The notes below the pieces were generated by a model. The model made no database searches, had not been told where the DNA came from, and saw nothing but the letters and a program-made list of their open reading frames with translations. Below, in pieces: positions 24,106 to 34,020 of a stretch of 64,000 nucleotides of DNA. This DNA is from Hyaloraphidium curvatum SAG 235-1 (lineage: Eukaryota > Fungi > Monoblepharomycota), in the NCBI GenBank assembly GCA_025558095.1, contig JAIVFI010000009.1:62001-126000 (forward strand), read 5' to 3'. Numbering within the stretch: the stretch's first letter is position 1; each line of letters starts with the position of its first letter. The position numbers were made by a program, and so were the translations under genes.

Positions 24106-25566
24106 ATGCGCGCGCCCATGCGCCTCCTCCTTGCGGCGGCCGTTGCGCTCGCCGCCCTCGTCCGCCTGCGCGGTGCCCGTCCGCCCCCGCCGCCCGCGCG
24201 CTGCGTGCTGCTCTCGACGCTGTGCCCGCACGGCGCCAACGGGCCCGCAAACGGCTACATGTCGCTGTTCCACCTCGCGGCGCTCGCGCGCAACTTCAAC
24301 GCGCTCGACGTCGAGCTCGACGGGCGGCCCGCGGCGCCGCGGTGCGGACAAGTGCGGGTCGCGCTGCCCAGGATGTGCCACGCCGGGAACTGGACGACGC
24401 CAAACACCGATGCCGGCGCACTGTTCGATCTCCGCGTGGGCTCGATCGACGATGGCTGGGAACGCGGGGCGCCGCTGTGGATCGAGGAATCCGGCGCGCT
24501 GGCGGCCCTGGGGGACCGCGGGGTGCCCTGCCTCCTCGACGGGCGGTACCTGCGGCGGAGGTTCCTGCCCTTGCGGGCGAACTCGACGCGGGCGAGCCGC
24601 TACAACGGCAGGACAGCCAACTACTCCTCGGACGTCTTTGGCGGGACTTTCCGCTGCGAAAAGTACCTCGCCGCGGGCTACGAACGCCTCCTGGGTGACC
24701 CAACACGGACAGAGCCGCGTTCTCCGACCATCGGATCCAGCATCGCGAGCGGCGGGGATGGCACCCTGTTCATCGGGCTCCCAGTCCCCCTGCATCTCTT
24801 CTTCAGGGGCGAGTCGGCGAGGTTCGCCAGGACCAAAGCGGTCCGCGAGGACATCCGTTTCCACCCCTGGCTCTTCGACACGGCCAGGGAGCTCCTCGTG
24901 CGGAGCGCGGGGCTCGACGGCAGGAAACCCATCCCCTGGGCATCGCCGGCGCGCATGCCTTCCTTCACTGCCCTCCTCTCCCGCCTCGTGGAGGACCCGG
25001 ACCGGCAAGCCGCCGCGGGCATCGCCGCCGCATCCCTCGCCCAGCTCGCGGCGGTCCACGACTGCCTCATCCCCGCGGCCGGCCCCACCCCCACCGTGCC
25101 CCCCTTCGCGGCCGCGCAGTTCCGCACCGGCGACCTGTCCGTCCTCTGCGCCGGGATCTGGGCAACCCCCGCCGAGCGGGACCAGCCGTGCGGGGCCAAC
25201 CTCTCCGCCCTGGACCCCGTGGCCTCCGAGATCCGCGGCCTGGACGTCCCGCTGGTCGTCGCAACGGACGGCGGCGACGACGTGCGCGCGCGGATCTCCG
25301 CCGCCCTCCCCGTCGCCGCCTTCCTGGACCCGTGGCTCCCCGCGGCGTGCCCGGCGTCGTCCGCAATCGCCTACGTGCTCAGGGGGCTGCTCACCCAGCT
25401 GGCGCTCTCGTGCGCGTCGCGGGTGAGGTGGACGCTGGCGAGCACGTTCTCGAGGATGATCGCAGAGATGGCAGAGGACGGCGAGTGCGGCGGGACGGGG
25501 GGGACGGCGGAGCCGCTGCCGGGAAACCTGCCGGATGCACCTGCGCACGGCGTTGCGCAGCAATGA
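24106..25566 (+). CDS. Putative GT-B fucosyltransferase-like glycosyltransferase (O-FucT/GT23/GT65-like), signal-anchored; intronless
   Basis: N-terminal hydrophobic anchor; AAQFRTGD (HxRxGD-like), LVVATD and STFSRMI motifs in the usual fucosyltransferase order. Confidence 0.6.
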   Translation: MRAPMRLLLAAAVALAALVRLRGARPPPPPARCVLLSTLCPHGANGPANGYMSLFHLAALARNFNALDVELDGRPAAPRCGQVRVALPRMCHAGNWTTPNTDAGALFDLRVGSIDDGWERGAPLWIEESGALAALGDRGVPCLLDGRYLRRRFLPLRANSTRASRYNGRTANYSSDVFGGTFRCEKYLAAGYERLLGDPTRTEPRSPTIGSSIASGGDGTLFIGLPVPLHLFFRGESARFARTKAVREDIRFHPWLFDTARELLVRSAGLDGRKPIPWASPARMPSFTALLSRLVEDPDRQAAAGIAAASLAQLAAVHDCLIPAAGPTPTVPPFAAAQFRTGDLSVLCAGIWATPAERDQPCGANLSALDPVASEIRGLDVPLVVATDGGDDVRARISAALPVAAFLDPWLPAACPASSAIAYVLRGLLTQLALSCASRVRWTLASTFSRMIAEMAEDGECGGTGGTAEPLPGNLPDAPAHGVAQQ

Positions 25567-25829
25567 TACCATGTCTGAAGACCTGGATAGAGCCATCTTT
25601 GCATCGGCTGCCGTTGGTCCTGTCCTGTCACAGTTAGGGCGGCCTTGGGCACCCAGCATGCAAACCTCCTGGTCAGCGAGATGTGCATTTGCGGTAGCGC
25701 TTGGCTAAGGCTCGTCAAGAGTGGCGCGCCGAGCCAGGGATCTTGGATCGCCTTCGCCGCACGTCTAGTCACATCCAAACCCAACATCGAAAAGGCGACA
25801 ATCTCGCTTCGGCACTAGCTGCGTACATC

Positions 25830-25950
25830 TCTTAGGCTGCGCATAGGAGATGCGAGGCTCCGGACCCGGGATTCCGGCACCTCTTCTACCTTCCGCCGCC
25901 GCCGCCGGTGGTGATGATGACCTCTCCCGAAGACGGACGTATGTACCACG
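25830..25950 (+). pseudogene. Relic fragment of the Ig-domain secreted family
   Basis: aggctgcgcataggagatgcg...ttctaccttccgccgccgccgccggtggtgatgatgacctctcccgaagacggacg matches 29010-29130, with frameshifts. Confidence 0.8.
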
Positions 25951-26238
25951 GACTTGCCGCCATGGGCTGCAAACGCTGGGAACGAGCGGACTTGCTGATC
26001 GCTTCCTTCTCCTCCCTTCCCCGAGTCCGTTAGCGGCTGCTGAACGTATGTGGCTTCGGAGTGCCCCTGCGGGCACCTCGGTCGTCCGTGATGGTCCCGT
26101 ATTCCTGGATAAACGCAGTTGACATCGCATAACCCTTCCTCTCCTCCCTCTCTCCACAATTATATGGTACGGACAATGACGCCACACAACATGCCCGAAC
26201 AATGCCCCGGCCGCCAAAGGTCCAAGCGACGGCAAAAA

Positions 26239-27585
26239 TCAAAAGACCAGCGTGGTAAAGTACGGCGGCGTGGAACAGTTGAGCGTCTGGTTCAGCGAAT
26301 TGGTCATAGACGAGATGGGAAACACGGGCGGCGAATTGGAGAGCCACTCCGTGTTAAGCTGGAACCGCTTGTACCCGTACGAGTCAGCGTTACGGATCCC
26401 CGTCAGGGCGTACTGCGTCGAGTTGTAGGTCCGCACTGGCGGCGGCGGCCCTGCATCGTACTGGTATCCCGTGTAGGTGGGGTTGTTGGTAGTCCCCCAG
26501 CCCTGGAGGTAGCACGCCAGGTTCTGGACTTCGCCCCCGGTTACCACAAACTCGAGGAAGCTGGGCACATCCAGCTCGTTTGCCGCGACCATCCCGCCGG
26601 TGGTGACCGTCATCCACGGATCGCCGGCGTACGGGTTATTCGCCTGCACCAAGGCCGCCCAGTAGTACTGGTCCACGCCGGGCGCCGACTGGACGTAGAT
26701 GATGAGGCTGACGTCGACGCCTGTGTCGCTGTCCCCTGTGTGCTCGGCACACTGGCCCGGAAGGATGGTGTCGATCACGCCCGTGCCGACAAAGTCGTCG
26801 TTGAGGTGGAAGTTGAGCACGTTGAGGTTGGAAGAGGCCGGGAGGGTGTTGCAGACCGCTACCGCGGTGGCCTCCGTGAAAAGACCAAGCTCGGGCTGGC
26901 AGTTGAACGGGTACGGGCGCGGATACGACGACGTCGCGTTGCCTCGGTGGAGGGCGACGTAGGCTTTGCAGCACCAGTGATTGCTGGGGTTTGTCAATGG
27001 GCAGCTCTTCGGCGTCGCCCGCTCAACTCACGGGTCTTCGTAACCCGAGTCACCGAACTTGGCAAGATGCTCGGCGCCGCAGGCCATGACGGGGCTCCCC
27101 TTGCCGGCCCACCTAGCCCCGGCCACGCAGCCGCTGGTGTCCCACATGCAGGCTCCCGTGTCGGGGTTCAGCAGGCACGCCGCATCGTCGCCTGGGGTAA
27201 GCATGACGGGGGTGCCCACGCCCGCGGGGCAGACAAAGGGCGACGCCGCAGCCGTTGGGCCCAGCGGGCAGTCCGCGGACAGCGGGGGGCCGCAGACCAC
27301 CGCCGTGCCGGGGCCGGGCGGGGGCAGGTCGGCGGCGTTGCAGGCGGCGGTGCTCGGGAAGACGGTGCACAGCGATGCGCCCGGCTGGGCTGCGCAGGCC
27401 GACGTTTGGTTGCCTTTGGCGCCGAGGACGGCGGTCGCGAGGGCGCCTGTGCCGAAGGGCGCGCACGACCACGGAGCCGTCGGCGCCGTGCGGACGTCGA
27501 GGTGCGCCGGCGCAGCGCCCACGGCAACAGCGGCCCCCAGGATGAGGAAAGCGGCTTGGAGAGCGTTCTGCAGAGCGTTGTGCAT
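26239..27585 (-). CDS. Secreted Cys-rich protein with a chytrid/oomycete-type CGxxHxxxxGxxGY...HWC module; intron 26984-27031
   Basis: Signal peptide LQAAFLILGAAVAVGA. The 48-nt GT-AG intron joins ...CGAEHLAKFGDSGYEDP to NHWCCK. Confidence 0.8.
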
Positions 27586-28024
27586 CGCGTCGAGGGCGTC
27601 TGGCTCGGGTCACGTCGGTCTCCCGGTCGTGAGGGATCTGAGGGATCTCCGATTTCAGGACCAAGAGACCGAGACCCAGCCAGTCTGCGTCCCCCAGCCC
27701 GGTTCTGCACCTCTCTTTCGGCGGCTCTTTCGGCGGCGCCAAACCCGTTTTGCCTCTCCGACACGCCGCTTTGCTCAAGGCACGTCGAGACCCGACTCAT
27801 CCCGTGGGAGCAGGAACCCCTCGCGGCCTCGGGCGACAAACCTCGCACAACACACTACAATCTGCACCAAATGTACGCGAATCGTCATTGAGTAGCACAT
27901 CTGACCCGCTATCGATCGCACGCCAGCCCATCCGCGCACCCGGCGCCCGCCGGTACCCGCCACCCCTTCTTCATCGGCACTCCAAGAAAACCATCACGAT
28001 AGCCTGTTGTAGCCCCCGGGCCGG

Positions 28025-28163
28025 TCATTGTCGTCGCCAAGGACTCGGCCGGAAGCTACGGCAGCGGGCTCGGCCATCCGGTCGGGGACGGGCGGCGGGT
28101 GGTCGTACGCCTGCACATGCCGGTGATCGTCCTGCGCCGCGAAGTCGTCCGGCGGAGCCCGAG
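28025..28163. repeat. Scrambled gene-derived fragments: a direct copy of about 29297-29340 joined to an inverted copy of about 28435-28541
   Basis: 28025-28066 resembles tcattatcatcgccaaggactcggccggaggctacgccagcg. 28067-28163 is the reverse complement of the RQLGLRRTTS...GMAE coding segment. Confidence 0.85.
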
Positions 28164-28221
28164 TGATCGAGTCACATCCAACGCAATCGTCGTAACCGAC
28201 GACAATCTCTCTTCTGAAGCA

Positions 28222-30441
28222 ATGCGAACATATTTTGGACAGTTTCCCAACATCTCCCAACGGCGCCCAGGCCATGCGGGCGTCACCCTCTGCGCCGCGA
28301 GCGCCGCCCTCCTCGCGACTGTCTTCCTCGTTCCCCCTTCCCCGTGCACAGCCCTGCAGCAGTTCACTACCGCGGCGACCCACTATGACTCGCTTCGCTT
28401 GAACAGCTTTGCGCCACCGGTGGAAGCCCGGCAGCTTGGGCTCCGCCGGACGACTTCGCGGCGCAGGACGAGCACCGGCAAGCGTACGACCACCCGCCGC
28501 CCGTCCCCGACCGGCTTCATCGCCCTCGGCATGGCCGAGCCCGTTTCGGGCTACGTGGCGCTGTCGGTGCTCCCGGCACTCGAGCCGGGGTTCCCTGTCG
28601 ATTTCTACGTCGACGGCGAGGCGGTTGACGCCGGATACCCGGACGGCGCCAGATGGAACACGTTGCCCTTCCCGGACGGCGTGCACACGGTCCGCGCCCG
28701 CGTCGAGCTGCTCGACGGGCGCGTGCTGGAGCTCGCACAGCCGCGGAGGGTCAACGTCAGCAACCTCCTGTTCTCAACCACGATCCAAACAACCTGGGAC
28801 GAGGAGACTGCGGACCCAGGCGGCCGGCGCGACGTCCGGATCGACATCTCCCCCTACGCTGCCGCCGGCATCTCGTCGATGGTCCTTTGGGTGGACGGGC
28901 GGAGCGTCACCCTGGATTACCATGGGCGGAAGCCGGACGGCCGCAAGACTACGCTGGGCAGCGATCCCAGTGCTGCGGTGCACTCGTGCACCTACGGCAA
29001 CCACACTGCCAGGCTGCGCATCAGCGATGCGCGGGGCCGGACCCGGGAGTCAAGACACTTCTTCTACGTTCCGCCGCCGCCGCCGGTGGTGTCGATGACC
29101 TCTCCCGAGGACGGACGCATCTACCACAGGTCGCTGACTGTCTCTGGCACAGCAAGGGCGCGAGCCCGGGGTGCCCGCATCACTTCGGTCGAGATTAGCG
29201 TCAATAGGTCCTCGATCATGCTCGTCTCCACCGCCGGAGGCCCGTTCTCCAAACTGCTCAACCTGTCCCTTGTGGTCCCCGGGCCGGAGTTCGACATCAT
29301 TATCATCGCCAAGGACTCGGCCGGAGGCTACGCCAGCGCGTCGCGGACGGTCAGGGTCGCATCCTCGCCGCAGCTTGCCTACGCACCGTACGTCAAGCTG
29401 CCACACACCTCCACCGTGCGCATGCACGCCCTGGACGGCACCAAGCTGCTCTACTCCGCAGAGGACTCGGATGGCGGGTCGACGACCCACGTGCACGATC
29501 TCGCGACGGGCTCCACCGTTGCCCTCCAGGGATCCGCGGCCTGGTCGTACGACGGTCAGGCGTGGTCGTTCGCTGGCGACGCGACCTACATCACCGTGTA
29601 CCGCGGCCGGGACTGCGCCTCCGCGTCCTGCGTGCTCCGCTGGGATGCCTCTGGCGCGCTCACCAACCTGACCGCGGCCAACCCTCTCAAGCCCGGGGGG
29701 GGCGAGTACGGCGAACAGGACCCCCACGCCAAGCCCGAAAAGGTGGTCTCAACCAGCTTGTTGCGCTGCGCCTTGCAGTCCTTTACAGCGTACGACCCCG
29801 CGTCGGGATCGTTCGAAGTGATCCCCGGGCCCCGCGGGCTCGAGCCCCGCATTCAGTTCGACTTCTACACCAACGGCACAGGCCTGGATCTCTTCTATTC
29901 GCCGCAGAGGAACTGGATGGCCTGCGCACAGTGGGGTGTCGAGCTCATGCACTGGTCGTCAGGCACCAACGCCACCACGCTGGTCTCTGACGACGTGGCA
30001 CCGGGTCCACCAGGCGTACGCACCGACGGGAGGAGGGTCGCGTGGATCGCCGGTGACAGGCGGTCCCTGGTAGTGATGCCCGCACCCGAGGGCCCACAGG
30101 AAATCGTGTCGCGCAACGTCAGCTCGTTCGCGCTGGAGGACGGGGTGCTCGCATGGTGCGAGACTCCCACATCGGATTCCATTGTGATCAAGGCATCTGC
30201 CGAGGGTCCGGCGGTGACGCTGCAGTCGCGGCCGACCAGCGAGGGCGACAACGATTGGTGCGACGTGAGGGCAGCCGGGGGCCTGGTGGCGCACGCGGGG
30301 CCCGGGGTTGGGATCGCGGTCTGGTCGCCGGCGGAGGGCAACAGGAAGGTGCTCGATTTCTTGCCGCCGCAGTGGTTCTTTTCCGGATCGAGGCTCGTCT
30401 TCCGCGTGGGCGACAAGACGCTGTATTCGATTCCTGTGTAA
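28222..30441 (+). CDS. Secreted protein with polybasic Thr-rich linker, 2-3 bacterial-type Ig (Big_7-like) domains and a C-terminal beta-propeller-like region; intronless
   Basis: Signal-like segment, RRTTSRRRTST, VSGYVALSV...VDFYVDG...WNT..FPDGVHTVRARV, PPVVSMTSPEDG...LTVSGTA. Confidence 0.8.
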   Translation: MRTYFGQFPNISQRRPGHAGVTLCAASAALLATVFLVPPSPCTALQQFTTAATHYDSLRLNSFAPPVEARQLGLRRTTSRRRTSTGKRTTTRRPSPTGFIALGMAEPVSGYVALSVLPALEPGFPVDFYVDGEAVDAGYPDGARWNTLPFPDGVHTVRARVELLDGRVLELAQPRRVNVSNLLFSTTIQTTWDEETADPGGRRDVRIDISPYAAAGISSMVLWVDGRSVTLDYHGRKPDGRKTTLGSDPSAAVHSCTYGNHTARLRISDARGRTRESRHFFYVPPPPPVVSMTSPEDGRIYHRSLTVSGTARARARGARITSVEISVNRSSIMLVSTAGGPFSKLLNLSLVVPGPEFDIIIIAKDSAGGYASASRTVRVASSPQLAYAPYVKLPHTSTVRMHALDGTKLLYSAEDSDGGSTTHVHDLATGSTVALQGSAAWSYDGQAWSFAGDATYITVYRGRDCASASCVLRWDASGALTNLTAANPLKPGGGEYGEQDPHAKPEKVVSTSLLRCALQSFTAYDPASGSFEVIPGPRGLEPRIQFDFYTNGTGLDLFYSPQRNWMACAQWGVELMHWSSGTNATTLVSDDVAPGPPGVRTDGRRVAWIAGDRRSLVVMPAPEGPQEIVSRNVSSFALEDGVLAWCETPTSDSIVIKASAEGPAVTLQSRPTSEGDNDWCDVRAAGGLVAHAGPGVGIAVWSPAEGNRKVLDFLPPQWFFSGSRLVFRVGDKTLYSIPV

Positions 30442-30477
30442 TCCACGTCCCGCCTACTGAGCCGTTTAACGATGCTC

Positions 30478-32133
30478 TCACGCCGTCAGCCGGCACGCCA
30501 AGTCCATGGTCACGCCGACGCCGAGAGCCCTGAGGACAGTCCACAATCCGACGAGGATCGAGAACCCCGCAACCACGATACCCCTGAGAGTCGCAAACGT
30601 CATGGGCACACCAAAGAACCCGGCCTTGAACGCGTCGAGATCCGTGAATGAGAGGAGTAGGTCCCGGTGCGACAGGATCGTGTGCCGGAGCAGCGCGCGG
30701 GAAGCGGGGAGGCGGCCGGCCAGCACGGAGAGCTCTTGTGCGCAGGCGCGGTACTGCGCCGTCGCGTGGCGCGACTGCAGGTTCTTGTACGCGTACGACA
30801 GGGCGAGGTAGATCATTACATGCAGGGTGATGGCAAAGTCGCCAATCAGCAACGCAGGCAGGCAGTTTCCGACGGCGATGCTGACGACGGCTGCGACGGA
30901 GTGGGTGCACAGGGCGCCCACGCCGAGGAGGCGCAGTGGCGCGTTCGAGTCGAGGCTGCTGCGCCAGTCGGCGAGAAGCTGCCCGTGCAGGCCGATGTAG
31001 GGTTCCTTAGGGATACAGGATGCGAGGTTGGCGTCATTAATGTTTGTGTCGCCGTCTGTTGGGTGATCCGCAGCGCAAGTTAGGCGGTCTACGAGGTTGC
31101 GCAAGCATATGGCCACTGCACGGTGCCGTAAGCGGAGTTCCAGAGCGTAGACACTTGGATTCGGGGGCCCTCCGGGAAAGTACGTGTTTATCTCGGTGGC
31201 CACAAACAAGAGAACCATCACTGGTACTAAAAGCGCCGTTGCCACCGTTGAAGTCCAGACAAAGGGTCCGAGGGTGACAGCAGCAGACCAAAATGTCGCG
31301 ACGATCAAGGTGAAGTTGGTCAAGCACATGTGCACGATGAGGAAAGCCAGCATCGAGAGTCTGCTCTGCTTGACAAAAGGTCCGGTGCAATCGGGACACG
31401 AGCAGAGTTTCTCGGTCGCGTTGTCGTCAAGCAAACGCGATGAATCCGGGCGACGGCCGGCAGCAATGCTGCTCTTCATATCACCCTCCAGAAGCTGAAG
31501 GTATCGAACCAGGCCCGAGTATCCCTGGGCATCGAGGTGATCGAGGCTTTCAGGCGACCGTATGGGGCCCATGTGTTCTGGATCATCGTCCCTAGCAGCT
31601 TTGCGGCGATCTGCAGCCGCAGCGCGTCTGGCACGTTCCGTTGGAGGCGCAAAGAGACCGACCACGTAGAGCAAGTCCCAGCCCAGTTTGTGGAGCACGA
31701 AGACGACCTGACCAGCGGCGAGATTCCGGATCCCGAAGGTCCCGGGCCCCAAAACCCAAAGAAATACGTACAGAGCCTGCGAACACGCCTCCACCAGGGC
31801 CCCAATCCACGGCTTTGAGCCGAAGTTCTTGTGCAGGACCATCTCGAGTGCCAACATTGAGCCCATGGGGTTTGCCGCGGAATCCAGCGCGGCCCGGAAC
31901 GCGTCCAGTGTGAGCGGACGAGAAGCACGCCCCGCAGCAGCCGCGGCGTTGGCACCCGTCGGCCACAGCCACGCCGGGACGTCTTCGGGCAGCGGCGCCG
32001 CGTTGCCCCCGAGCGAAGGAAACAGCGCAAGTTGTTCAGCCGGCGAAAACGGGTACGGCCGCGCGCCGTCCGGTGCCTCCGCGCTATTCGCCACGTCGGG
32101 CTGATCCATATTGCTCATTGTCGTCCGCGACAT
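30478..32133 (-). CDS. Unknown 7-TM membrane protein, paralogue B; intronless
   Basis: 551-aa ORF with about 7 TM segments, LCSCPDCTG, GNCLP, KAGFFGVPMT...LWTVLRALGVGVTMDLAC. Confidence 0.8.
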   Translation of the reverse strand: MSRTTMSNMDQPDVANSAEAPDGARPYPFSPAEQLALFPSLGGNAAPLPEDVPAWLWPTGANAAAAAGRASRPLTLDAFRAALDSAANPMGSMLALEMVLHKNFGSKPWIGALVEACSQALYVFLWVLGPGTFGIRNLAAGQVVFVLHKLGWDLLYVVGLFAPPTERARRAAAADRRKAARDDDPEHMGPIRSPESLDHLDAQGYSGLVRYLQLLEGDMKSSIAAGRRPDSSRLLDDNATEKLCSCPDCTGPFVKQSRLSMLAFLIVHMCLTNFTLIVATFWSAAVTLGPFVWTSTVATALLVPVMVLLFVATEINTYFPGGPPNPSVYALELRLRHRAVAICLRNLVDRLTCAADHPTDGDTNINDANLASCIPKEPYIGLHGQLLADWRSSLDSNAPLRLLGVGALCTHSVAAVVSIAVGNCLPALLIGDFAITLHVMIYLALSYAYKNLQSRHATAQYRACAQELSVLAGRLPASRALLRHTILSHRDLLLSFTDLDAFKAGFFGVPMTFATLRGIVVAGFSILVGLWTVLRALGVGVTMDLACRLTA

Positions 32134-32216
32134 GTCGTTCCACGGTTGGGAGGCAGTTGCGCGGTCTGGTTGCGGGTCATCACTCGACGCTGCCCTCCCG
32201 GAACGAGCTCACAGCA

Positions 32217-33779
32217 ATGGAATTGGCATCGCTCCCGCCGCTGCTCCTCGCCGTGCTCGCGGCTGCCCTGGCGGCCCTCTGGTTTGTGCGCACGCGCCCG
32301 GGTCAGTCGCGCCTGCCCCCCGGCCCGCGCCCCGAGAGCTGGCTCCGCGGAAACCGGCTGCCCCCCACAATGCCGTGGCTCCAGTTCGAGAAGTGGACGC
32401 GCGAGTTCGGTGACGTGTTCTCGGTGCGGTTCGGCCGCACCAGGCTCTTTGTCCTCGGTCGCGCCCCGTCGGCCCACGAAGTTCTCGAGAAGCGCGCCGC
32501 GGCGTCCGCGGACCGCCCGCGGCTCATCATGGCCGGCGAACTCATCTCGGACAACAAGAGGATGCTCATCCTGCCGCATGGGGACCGCTGGCGCCTGTTC
32601 CGCAAGGTCGTGCACGAGTTTCTCTCCGAAAAGGCGTCCAAGATGTACGAGCCCATCCAGGAACGCGAGGCGCGGATCGCGATGCTCAACCTGGGCCGCT
32701 CGGAGCCGACCAAGGGCGCGTTCCAAGCCATCTTCAAGCGGTACGCCGCGTCGACCATCATGCAAGTCACGTACGACTACGAGATCACCTCGCTCGCGGA
32801 CCCGCTGCTCAAGGCCGTGGAGGAGAGGCTGACGGCCATGGCCACGTGGATCCGGCCGGGGCAGAGCACGCTGGACAATTGGCCGGTGCTCATGTACCTG
32901 CCCACCTTCATGAACCCGTGGAAGAAGGAGGGGCTTAGGCTGCGCGCGCTGGAGCAAAAGCTGTTCCTTGGCGAGTTTCTGAAAGTGCGCGAACGCGTTG
33001 GCGAGGGCAAGTGCAACCCGTGCTTCGTCTCCGCGATCCAGGCCAAGCAATCGGAGCTCGGCTTCACGGACCTGGAATGCTCTTACATCGCGGGAAGCAT
33101 GTTTGGTGCCGGCTCCGACACGACTGCCAGCGCCCTCGCCATCTTCGTCCTTGCGTGCCTGCACCACCCGGACGTGCTCAAGAAGATGCAGGCAGAGGTC
33201 GACGCCGTATGCGGCTCTCACCGTCTCCCCACCTTTGCCGAAGCCCCCTCGATGCCCTACGTCAACGCTTCCGTCAAGGAGACCCTGCGGTGGCGCCCCG
33301 TCAGCGCGGGCGGGTTCCAGCACCGGCTCACTGAGGACGTAGACTACGGGGGCTACCTTCTCCCGGCGGGCTCCACCGTCGTTGGGCCGCACTGGAGCAT
33401 CAGCCTGGACGAGACCGAGTACCCGGATCCGCACGCATTCAAGCCGGAGCGGTTCCTCCCCGCAAACCAGCCCGTCTGGTTCGCGCCCCGGGTTGGCTCC
33501 GTGGCCTTCGGCTTCGGAAGGAGGATCTGCCCCGGTCTGCACGTGGCCATGCGCTCCCTGTTCATCAACCTGGCCTGCATGGCGTGGTGCTTTGACATCT
33601 TGCCGGCGGGACCGGATCCCGTGGACACGTTTGCCTTCACCAGCGCGGCGAATTCGCACCCCCTGCCCTTTGCGGCCGTGTTCAGGTTCAGGGACGATCG
33701 GAGGAGGGAGGTGCTGGAGGCCGAGTGCCGCGGGACGGGGGAGCTGGAGCGGATCAGGGAGAGGGAGGCCGGGGGCTGA
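32217..33779 (+). CDS. Cytochrome P450 (microsomal); intronless
   Basis: N-terminal anchor plus PPGP hinge, AGSDTT (I-helix), ETLR, PERF, FGFGRRICPG heme motif. Confidence 0.97.
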   Translation: MELASLPPLLLAVLAAALAALWFVRTRPGQSRLPPGPRPESWLRGNRLPPTMPWLQFEKWTREFGDVFSVRFGRTRLFVLGRAPSAHEVLEKRAAASADRPRLIMAGELISDNKRMLILPHGDRWRLFRKVVHEFLSEKASKMYEPIQEREARIAMLNLGRSEPTKGAFQAIFKRYAASTIMQVTYDYEITSLADPLLKAVEERLTAMATWIRPGQSTLDNWPVLMYLPTFMNPWKKEGLRLRALEQKLFLGEFLKVRERVGEGKCNPCFVSAIQAKQSELGFTDLECSYIAGSMFGAGSDTTASALAIFVLACLHHPDVLKKMQAEVDAVCGSHRLPTFAEAPSMPYVNASVKETLRWRPVSAGGFQHRLTEDVDYGGYLLPAGSTVVGPHWSISLDETEYPDPHAFKPERFLPANQPVWFAPRVGSVAFGFGRRICPGLHVAMRSLFINLACMAWCFDILPAGPDPVDTFAFTSAANSHPLPFAAVFRFRDDRRREVLEAECRGTGELERIREREAGG

Positions 33780-34020
33780 TATCGCAGGATGTCCGTGCCT
33801 AGACGGGCAAGCTCAGATGTCCTACCATTGAATCCATGTGGATTGCAACAGATTCCGGCCAGAAGAGCTGAACCGCCATGATCCGAGGCCCGCCTGTCTC
33901 CCGCGCCTGTTGAGATGCACAGAAGCTTCCACGATTCCAACTTCCGCGACAAGCACCTCAGCGTGCTCGGCATTGTCCCTTCCGGAGAGCGCAGGTCAAA
34001 GCTTTCACCGCCCTGCAAAC

